A stretch of DNA of 64,000 bases, from the NCBI GenBank assembly GCA_951406725.2, contig OX597822.1:91264001-91328000 (forward strand), in the 5' to 3' direction. Both the position numbers and the translations under genes were made by a program. Below the pieces are notes generated by a model. It did no database searches and was not told the origin of the DNA. It saw only the letters and a list, made by a program, of their open reading frames with translations. The DNA is from Octopus vulgaris. Taxonomy: Eukaryota. Shown piece after piece: positions 1-64,000 of this stretch (position 1 is its first letter; the number at the start of each line of letters is the position of its first letter).

Positions 1-56
1 TTTTAATTGCTCTAATTTTCAAAAATATTTTCAAATTGTATTGAGCGGTAAAAATA

Positions 57-250
57 AGGTGGTGAGCCAGCAGAATCGTTAGCACATCAGATGAAATGCT
101 TAGTGGCATTTCACCTGTCTTTATGCTCTAAGTTCAAATGCTACCAAGGTTGACAAAATAAGTACCAATTGAGTACTGGGGTCGATGTAATTGGCTTACT
201 CCCTCTCCTGAAACTGCTGGTCTTGTGCCAAAATTTGAAACCAATATTAT
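57..250 (+). mobile_element. tRNA-derived SINE (family A), degenerate
   Basis: Head ggtggtgagccagcagaatcgttagcac...agttcaaat (Pol III box A/B-like). Related copies at 19350-19567(-) and 27558-27656(-). Confidence 0.75.
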
Positions 251-497
251 TGGTCAAAACATTATTTTGATGTAATGACTTATGTACAAGCAGACTTTTA
301 ATGCTGATCACTTTTTCAACAGCAATTTTTTGTGGTGAACTTAATTTTGCTGAATTGTAGTAAGGGGGTGGTGAAAGAATGTTAGTAAAAAGAAAGTGGG
401 GTGGGGGCAATAGTTAAAAAGTTTGAGAGGCACTGATATAGAAATATCGACTTCAATAGGACAAAAATTAAGGATGAAAACAAAAATGCAGACTAAC

Positions 498-54723
<54,226 letters not shown>

Positions 54724-56179
54724 CTGCAATAAATAATATAAAAATGACATTAATCATACTTTTAATAAAAGGAAACAAAAATATAAAAATCGATATTGTT
54801 ATCTAGAAATAGGTATCACTATAGAATGCTGTACAATGGAGACAAGCACAGTTTGAACATGCAAAAACACATTTTGCTTCATCATTTTCATGTCAAAATA
54901 AGTATTTTCTGAAGAAAATTATATATCATTTTAAAGTTTTGGATGTCAGATAATTGTTATGAAGTATAAAATTTAATATTTCATTGTTTTCACTAAGAAA
55001 AGGACATATTTTCTTCAAGATTTATATAAAAAAAAACAGGAAAACTCTCCATGAAAATGGAGAAAATGTAATTTCTGCAGGTGTCCTGATCCAAAATTCT
55101 GCCATTTATAGTCATTTTTAATAGTCTATTAAAATTTTATGGAAATGGTGTCATGTCTCAAAATCTCACTATTTATTTACTTCCATACCTGCTACAAATG
55201 TGCCAAAACTCAAATTCCTCTGACTTGTAGCTTTGGATTTAGCTAGGTCTGAAAACATTGCAAAATCGACCATTTGTTACATGTAGCAAAATATGCTTTA
55301 CATAAATATTGAAGATATTGCCAAAAAATAAGTTGTCTTTCCAAGAACACCTGAAAAAAAAAATAGGCAAGTACTACATCATGGTCACTGTTAATTTTGT
55401 ATAATTTGAAGATAATTATCACCTTAATTTCAAAGATATATCACAAATATAGCTGCATATTCATTTCTGCAAACTGGGCAAAAATTTCAACCAATTTGCT
55501 GACTATTTAAATTGTCAATAAAATAATTCATCCAAATTTTACAAATGAGGCATCAAAATGTTTCTTTTTGGATGCTCTTCAAGAAAAAGTAGAGTAGGAA
55601 TTACATTTATTTTTAAAAATTCATAGTGATACCTACTAGAAATCAGTAGCACCTGTACAAATAATTGTAAAGGTATTTTATGTCAAAAGAACTACAAATA
55701 AATTAGAATAAATAAGAGATTGATTTCATGCAAGATAAAGTAGCTAAAAATCAGAAATGTAACATGAAGAGGAAATGAAATCTAGATGAACACCACTGGG
55801 TATTTATAACTGATAGTGTCTGTAGCATATGTAAGGCAATACTGAGGTGGTTTACATTGACCATATAGATAATTGTGTCTAATTTTCTAAGTTTGAATGT
55901 CTTTATCTATATCAATACATTATTTTAATCTCTGTGTCCTTGCCTTTCTCTTTGTGTCCTTATCTTTCTTTTTAGAAAATACAAGCAAAACGCCCCCCCC
56001 CCCCCGTCCAATGGATGGTGCTGAGTTATCAAACATTTAAACCAAATTTTCTCAAAACAACTTGGTCCGACCGTCCCATAGGCTTCCCCTTTGAGAAATA
56101 CTGATTTAACCTAAATTTGAGACACCAGCAAAAGAAGAAATAAAGATAGACTTTTTTTCTATTCCAAGAAAAACAATTT

Positions 56180-56371
56180 TACAAATGCACGTTCCCACGG
56201 CTTTATCGATCGCATTCTCACCTGGAATTGATTTTTGTTATTTTTTCAAGACTTATACACACCCTGATACCGTTGGTATCTACATATCAAATTTGAGTAC
56301 AATCGGATGGAGGATGCTCGAGATCCTAGAAGATACACACAGACAGACAGAACGGATTTTATATAATAGAT
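56180..56371 (-). mobile_element. Helitron-like 5' end fragment
   Basis: Minus strand a|TCtattatataaaatccgttctgtctgtctgtgtg, similar in style to the 7858 element. Confidence 0.45.
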
Positions 56372-56408
56372 TAGTTTAAAATATATCACACCTATACAAA
56401 CTGATAAA

Positions 56409-56512
56409 ATATTAGATTAGTCAATTTTTTTCACTACCAAAACATTGATCTTCTTATGAAATATTAGATTAGTCAATCTTTTTCACAGCCAAAATATTGA
56501 TCTTCTTATGAA
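56409..56512. repeat. Tandem duplication, two ~51 bp units
   Basis: aatattagattagtcaat...ttgatcttcttatgaaat occurs twice. Confidence 0.9.
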
Positions 56513-57070
56513 ATCAATACATTGAACTTTTACACATACAAAAGAAAAAAAAAAGACCTTTGCTTATATAAAAACTACCATATCTGTGTCAGCAAAAATG
56601 CCTACAGTTTTATTAATGATAAAAAATGCTGCATTAAAACAATGAGAGAAACCGTTGATGTACGTGAGAAATTGAGTAAATATATGTATATACACAGAAT
56701 TGAAGTACTTGAATAATGTCAGCACAATATGTGCCAGAGTAAATGAAAACTGCTGACTTTGAAGACAACAGCATTTATAGTGATAGTTCACATTTTTCAA
56801 TTACTATATATCAGAAACAACTGTAAGTCTACAATGCACAAATAAATAAATATATAAAGCCCATTATTTATGCTTTTTCTTGTATATCACTGTGAAAATG
56901 TACCATATTAAATTGATAATGCAACCATGGAATTATGAGGTCAACTCGTGATGGACTTCAACTTCAGACCTCACCTTGGGATTACCTGGAGTTCTATACC
57001 AATCGAAAAAAATCTTTTGTTAGTCTAGTGTATTATATAGCAGAGAACTTAAGAAGTATTTACCCAGATT

Positions 57071-57480
57071 ACTCTTTTTACTCTTTTACTTGTTTCAGGC
57101 ATTTGACTGCGGCCATGCTGGAGCACCGCCTTTAGTCGAGCAAATCGGTTCCGGGATTTATTCTTTGTAAACCCAGTACTTATTCTATCGGTCTCTTTTG
57201 CCAAACCGCTAAGTGACGGGGACGTAAACACACCAGCATCAGTTGTCAAGCAATGCTAGGGGGACAAACACAGACACACAAACGTATACACACACGTACA
57301 TATATACATATATATGACAGGCTTCTTTCAGTTTCCATCTACCAAATCCACTCACAGGGCATTGGTCAGCCTGGGGCTATAAGCAGAAGACACCTGCCTG
57401 AGATGCCACGCAGTGGGACTGAACCCAGAACCATGTGGTTGGTTAGCAAGCTACTTACCACACAGCCACTCCTGTGCCTA
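57071..57480 (-). mobile_element. tRNA-derived SINE (family B), full length
   Basis: Colinear with 17556-17949. Confidence 0.9.
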
Positions 57481-58229
57481 TGATTGATAGTCCCTTATTA
57501 ATAACTCCTTATATAATGTAAAAGAACGGAGATATGAAATCTAGGCAAGTACTTTATGTGTACTCTGATACAATCCAAAACTGGCTAACCACATTAAATG
57601 ATAGGGAGCAATCAGAATTGTTTAAGATAAACAATTCAACTGCACTTCACTTGATAGGTAAATCCTGAGTTAATCATTAGATTTCATACAACATACAGAA
57701 TATATGATCAAGACACAGTACATCTATAAACTCTAGTTTATAGATGCACAGTAACAGCTTATGTTAGTTCTAATTATTACATAGGTTCATGTTCTACTGA
57801 CTTTAAACAAAGATGATGCAATCATCTTTTTTATTTCAAAAATAGAGAGAAAAAATTAACTGTACACGTTTGAGTAGGTTCAACTGGACTTTAAAGGATA
57901 AGGGCACCAAATATTAAATGGTCAATTGAAGAAATATTCCATATCCTAATTGCAGGATATTAAACCATGGAAATGAATTAGCAATAAAATGTGTGCATTC
58001 ATACAGAAAAGTCTTTAAAGTATTTTCCAAGTAAATAACTTTAATTTGAACTCAGTTTAATGAATTCTTTTACGTAACAGAATGCATCTAATAAAAAAGC
58101 TCATTAACAGGTGAGACAAAGGTGAATACAGGTGTGTAACATACTGGAAATTAATATGTATTTCTCACTTTCACATATTATTTATAATAAAATTAAAAGG
58201 AATATATGATAAAATAATATAGTTATGAC

Positions 58230-58800
58230 ATATTTCTTTCATGAAACCACCCAAAGCACCCTTTACACAAGAGCACTTAGCAAAAGGAGCACATATACGA
58301 AGTCTCAATCTGATACCCTTTGCAGAGAAAACTTTTTTCTTCCTTTTATCTTTTCGACTTAATGAAAGTCAATATTTTCTCTGTTGACATCCACCTCAGT
58401 TAATTTTGCTTTTCTCCCAGTTCTGTGCTTTCTTAGAAGAAAAGCAGTCATGTAACTGAGATGCGATGTCAACCCGAAATTTCAAGTGGTCATAGTCCTT
58501 TGATGGCGGAGGTACCTTATGGCTTTTTACATATACAATATATGAATTTACTATAGTTAAATTAACTAAAAACCACAAAATGTACCTTCACCATTTCTTC
58601 CCAGGTCGGCCAGCTGGGTAATATGCCCGATATTGGTCGGATTTATCAGCCCCCACCCATATGTTTGTTATAACAAATGTTCACTAGGAGTTTCCCCTCA
58701 GCACCAACACCAGGTTGTTCATTAGTAGACAGAAATAAAATCTGTCTTTTGTCTTTGAAAGCATAGCTAATAAATTTTCCTCTTGCATTTGTAAAATGTC
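58230..58800 (-). mobile_element. piggyBac transposase C-terminal relic
   Basis: YNKHMG.ADKSDQYRAYY...KKW*RYILWFLVNLTIVNSYIVY...LKFRVDIA, followed by a Cys-rich tail. Confidence 0.8.
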
Positions 58801-59963
58801 CCCTCTTTTATTATATTTTTTTATGAATGGCTACTTGTCCATTGAAAATAAGGCAAATGCACTTGTCATCTATTTCAATAAAAAAAATAAAGCTCGGTCC
58901 ATTTTTAATCAAACAAAGCACATTCAGCAACACTTCTATTCTTTAGGATCTTTATAAACGTTTGCCATATTGATAATGGTATTAAAAAAAAATTGATTTA
59001 ACAAAGTTATAAACGGTTAAATTTATATTATCACTTTGGGAATTTTTGTTATTACCATTGCCTGGGAAAAACAAAAACCAACTGGCTCATAGTCATAATA
59101 ATGCATGCAGTTAGTGTTGTAAAAAGAGCAAAAAATAAAAATCTGCCAAAAATTATGCTCTTGTTTCATTCTGCAAGAGCTAACTTGATTTTTCTCTCTC
59201 CCTTGTCCACACAGGTGCTGACAAGTAAGTGGGTAGGGAAGGGGATGGCAGATGAAAGTAACTCCTGTTGACCTTGACACTGACTGACAGCAAAAATGCG
59301 ACACCCCTTTCAAAAAAGGTCATTTTTCACTGCTTTTTCAGAAAAAAGTTAGTATTTCTTATAATCCTGTCCACAAAGCACCTAATTAGTAGTTTCTGTT
59401 TCGATGAAGCTTTACCAATTTGTTTTTGTTTTTTAATAGATCTTTTTGCTTATCTATTAACAGAAAGAGGGTGAGTGTTGATTTCAGAGATATTTTCATA
59501 AAAAATGTGAGAAATGAAATAGGGAGGAAAATTTAAATACTTGGGGTTCTTGGATATGAATAATTTTTACACAGTATCTTCTACAATCCTTCAGCTTTTG
59601 TTTCATATAACAGTTATTTCCATACATGCAAGATATTTTTAGTTTTCTCAGGTAAAGTGTAGTTGGCTCTCAAAGGGGCGGTACAAACCTAGCAATATGC
59701 GTTTTATAGTGCAAACAAAATCTCTATTCAAATGGCAATTGCCGAATGATTTCTGTTCGAGTCATAGTGGAAACCTGACCTATGTCGCAAATAGGCATAC
59801 AAGAATTGTATAAATTTTATAACTGAAAAATTAGCTTTATTTTGTACATACAAGTATATCAGCCTGTGGGTGCAATAAAATGGGCACATTTGCGCCTGTT
59901 CTAAACCATAGTATCCCCTGCAAGGAACCAGCTACAGGAAAATATTCAAATATTCGTTTATTG

Positions 59964-60348
59964 TTTTACTTGTTTCAGTCATTTGACTGCGGCCAAGTTG
60001 GAGTATTGCCTTGAAGGGTTTTTAGTTGAACAAATTGAGCCCCAGGACTTATTTTCTTTTAAAGCCTAGTACTTATTCCATTAGACACTTTTGCTGAACC
60101 ACTAAGTTATGGGGACATAAACACACCAGCACCGGTCGTGAAGTGCAGATGGTGGGGAAGGAACAAATACAGACACACACACACACACGATGGGCTTCTT
60201 TCAGTTTCCATCTACCAAATCCACTCGCAAGGCTTTGATCAACCCGAAGCTATAGCAGAAGACACTTGCCCAAGGTGCCACGCAGTGGGACTGAACCCAG
60301 ATCCATGTGGTTGGGAAGCAAGCTTCTTACCACAGAGCAACTCTTGTG

Positions 60349-60351
<3 letters not shown>
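59964..60351 (-). mobile_element. tRNA-derived SINE (family B)
   Basis: Colinear with the other family B copies. Confidence 0.88.
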
Positions 60352-60395
<44 letters not shown>

Positions 60396-62305
60396 CAGGT
60401 TTCTTTCAATTTCTGTCTACCAAATCCACTCATAAGTCTTGTGGTTGCGAAGCAAGCTTTTTATGACACAGCCATGCCTGCACCTAACAAAATGTATTAT
60501 ATTCAAATTAAGTGAAACTGAGTTTAATGAGCAAGGTACTTTTTGAAAAGTCACCTGATGAGACACATCTATACCGAATGATGTATCACAGCCAGTTGTT
60601 CAGAATCTAATCCACAAAGGACCAATGCATGAATTCCATTTTCTCTTTCTCACATTTATTACACACACAGACACACATAACAAGAATATGAATGGAGAAA
60701 AATCACATCTTTAATTGGTGATTACACCATACATTACCAATGATCATTACTGTTAGATGCAGGAAAAGGTATAACATACCAGTGAAATTAATATATCCAA
60801 AAAAAACATGCTAGCACGTTATCAGAGCAATATAAAATGAATTATATTTCTTCTTGATGTTCTTTTTTAAAGCATTCACCTATAAGATATTTTCTTATTT
60901 CACTCTGAATTTAACCCATTTTGGATTGCCTCGATAACATTGTGTTAGCATATATTTTCAAGTATATTAGTTTCACTGGTATTTTATACCATTTTCCATA
61001 TCTAAATATACTGGTACAATAGAAATGATCTTTGGTAATGTATGGTGTAACCACCAATTAAAGAGGTCATTTTTCTCCATTCTTATTGTTGTCTTATAGT
61101 CCAAATTTCTTGGAAATCTGAGAAATATTTGGATTTATTTGTCATACATGAAGAATTACCTTGTTCTACTTGTATTTATTTTTATCTGATTGTTTGATAT
61201 AGTTAACCAAACTCATTTAACACTGAGTGTTTTAATGATATCTGCCTGGATTAAATAATTTTATTTCTTACACATACATGCATATTATTATACATGCATA
61301 CATATATCACCTATACTCTAGTTTAAATAATTTGTAAATTTGTCTGACTGAGAACATATCTAAGTGACAACAAGGTCATAAAAATTTTCACATGCTTTCT
61401 TCCAACTTCATTGAAATTATAATACTAAGTAAAAAAAAAAAAAAACAACAGTATTTCATTTTTTAAGATTTGCTGTAGATATCACTAAACATTTCTGAGA
61501 ATGACAACTAAATAAAAAAAAAAGGTTTAACAGAGTGTATCAACATCTTTTGCTGAAAGGTTAAAGCACAAAAAAAATTGTAACAATGGCCCAATTTTTT
61601 TTTTCTGTTCTGTCAAATTGTGATATCAGAGTGACAGCAAATACCAGAACACCGAGTAAAAGGAAGTAAGGTAATATGACAGTCAAATGGAAATGAAGAT
61701 AAACGCATTTAAAAATTATATTTAAGATGTCATTTTAAATTTCCCACTAGAATGTATTGGACAAAGGAAGAGAAAAAAATATTCAAATGAATTACAGATG
61801 CAAAAGAAAGCAAAATTATACAGGTTTAGAATTTTAAAAATTGTTAATATCAGCAATGAAAAAAAGATATTAAATGTTAGTGAACAATAAAATAGAAACA
61901 GGGTATTTTCATATAGATTAATATAAACTTCCTTTGAGAGAGATAATTACAACAACCTATAGCAATTTCTGTGCAAACTGATAATCTCACATTTCTAAAT
62001 AAAAGAATCTGTTTGAAAAAGTCTAATAATAATACTAATGTGAATTATATATATATTTATATGCATACATACATACATACATACATACACATACATTCGA
62101 CATCTTTGGTAGATTTTTTATTTATTTAAAACCCCACGAGATATGTCTGCACCACCGGATACTCCTGAACCAGTTTTTGTGTCCCACAAGAGGAGTGGAT
62201 GCTAGATGTGTCAAAACAATTGTTGTGATTAATAATATATTTTCGTATATTCCACCTTCTGTCTTTCATTTGTTATTTCTAATATATATATATATCTATT
62301 TCTAT

Positions 62306-62339
<34 letters not shown>

Positions 62340-62409
62340 TCAAAATATATATATATATTGTATATCAATATATATATACATATATATATATACACACACA
62401 CACACATAT

Positions 62410-62439
<30 letters not shown>

Positions 62440-62444
<5 letters not shown>

Positions 62445-62613
62445 ATCCAAACAAGAAACCACAAAAAAACACAACAACGCAAGGACGTGAAACAAATATA
62501 GTATTATTGGACGCTCAGGAAAGAAGGAAAGAAGGGGGGTTTAACGTTTCGAGTGGAGCTCTTCGTCGGAAACATAGGAGAAGGAAAGATCCAGAGAAGG
62601 GAAGGCAGAGGAA

Positions 62614-62620
<7 letters not shown>
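62440..62620 (-). mobile_element. Short Penelope-type pLTR fragment between (TA)n tracts, with a variant hammerhead
   Basis: Minus strand GUUU-CCGACGA-A-GAG cucca CUC-GAAA-C-GUU|AAAC (62539-62573). Confidence 0.65.
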
Positions 62621-62669
<49 letters not shown>

Positions 62670-62959
62670 CTGTACATGCTTCAGCCGGATCGTGTTCTGC
62701 CCTTACCTTCGAAACACGTATTGAGTCGAAACAGGGGCAGCTGAAGAAGGGGAATATTCCTTGTATTGTTTGTCTTGTACTCTGTTTTTTCGTTGTTAAA
62801 AAAAGTCTGTTTCCTTGTTTGATTTTATGTTTTCGTTTCTCGTTGTGTTCTACGTTTATTTGTGGTGTACTGTACTCATATATGCATGTATATATACATA
62901 TACATGTAGGTATGTACATATATGTATGTATGTATGCATATGTTTTATTTATTAAATTG

Positions 62960-63484
62960 TTATTATATACATATATATATATTGTATATGTATATCAAAA
63001 TATATATATACATATATTGTATATGTCTATCAATATACATATATATATAGTATATGTATATCAAAATATATATATACATATATTGTATATGTCTATCAAT
63101 ATATATATATACATATATATATATATAGTATATGTCTATCAAAATATATATATACATATATACATATATTGTATATGTCTATCAAAATATATATATACAT
63201 ATATACATATATTGTATATGTCTATCAATATATATATATATACATATATAGCTCCTAAGAGCCCATGGCAAAAATATATATACATATATACATATATTGT
63301 ATATGTCTATCAATATATATATATACATATATTGTATATGTCTATCAATATATATATATACATATATTGTATATGTCTATCAATATATATATATACATAT
63401 ATTGTATATGTCTATCAATATATATATATATACATATATACATATATTGTACATGTCTATCAATATATATATATATACATATAT
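62960..63484. repeat. AT-rich compound minisatellite (unit ~tatatatatacatatattgtatatgtctatcaa, variable TA count)
   Basis: More than ten visible units; one foreign ~22 bp insert at ~63250. Confidence 0.9.
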
Positions 63485-63942
63485 AAAATAAATATAAGAG
63501 AGTGGTCACTATATGGCTCACTCTAGCACCAGTTAATCCAAAAGGTTTCAACCACAAAAATACATGTTTCCCATGAAAGTCAGTACGATTGTTAGCTCAC
63601 ACGGACAGGGCAAATAAAAAATAACAAAAATACAGATTATTTTGGGACAATTGTTTCGCTATTAATGAATTAAATGTAATTTTACTTACAAAAAAATCCA
63701 CTTGTAGCTCGTCAGCCAAAACTATCTGGATGAAATCCACTCAATCACACTCCAGATTTTACCATAACGATAAATACGCGTGTGGTTCAATTGATTACAT
63801 CCGACGTTATAATTCAAATGCCCCAACTAACAGTGCGCCAAACTCTCACGGAAAACAAATACTGCATTTAGAAATAAATGCAGCATAATTATAATTAATT
63901 AATAAGGGTGCCATATAGTGACCACTCTCTTATATTTATTTT
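63485..63942 (-). mobile_element. Young hammerhead-carrying element bounded by a perfect 33 bp inverted repeat (probably Penelope-like pLTR)
   Basis: aaaataaatataagagagtggtcactatatggc (63485-63517) is the exact reverse complement of 63910-63942. Confidence 0.7.
63641..63720 (-). ncRNA. Canonical minimal type I hammerhead ribozyme (GUC cleavage site)
   Basis: UUUGG-CUGACGA-GCUA...UAGC-GAAA-C-AAUU-GUC|CCAAA; all three stems pair and stem III is the palindrome ACAAUUGU. Confidence 0.88.
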
Positions 63943-64000
63943 GTAAAAATATTATAATATATTATAAAATATTATAATAATCCAGGTTTCTCGGAGCACT

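Noticed and set aside
59252-59275. ATGAAAGTAACT (MKVT), resembling the Par-3 start
   Set aside because: Wrong strand, and it continues PVD rather than VCF.
62669-62770. GAAAC and CUGAAGA motifs suggesting a hammerhead
   Set aside because: The order and stems do not assemble into any hammerhead topology I can draw; it is a repeat fragment only.
62177-63526. 449 aa ORF rich in Y/I
   Set aside because: Translation of (TA)n and minisatellite sequence; no protein signal.

Overview
AT-rich, microsatellite-laden eukaryotic DNA. The repeat families look like those of an octopus (coleoid cephalopod); this is recognition, not a database result. The window holds 12 internal coding exons of a par-3/PARD3 (bazooka) gene on the minus strand (54723 to 498; 2610 nt, 870 codons). 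All introns are GT-AG with consistent phases. The exons cover the N-terminal oligomerisation domain, the RRGSEP PAR-1/14-3-3-type site and PDZ1-3; the first exon and the 3' exons lie outside the window. The introns are filled with mobile DNA: a 5'-truncated RTE-type LINE with a PHD-like finger inside its RT, many short copies of its 3' tail, tRNA-derived SINEs, and mariner, Tc1, pogo/Tigger, piggyBac, Helitron-like, L1/Tx1, CRE-like and R4/Dong relics. The most notable signal is a set of Penelope-like elements from several families carrying minimal type I hammerhead ribozyme motifs: four with intact cores (4885+, 35440+, 41012+, 63641-) and about eight damaged. They include a ~2 kb head-to-head foldback and a pLTR in which a tRNA-like Pol III head sits between the GIY-YIG stop codon and the hammerhead.
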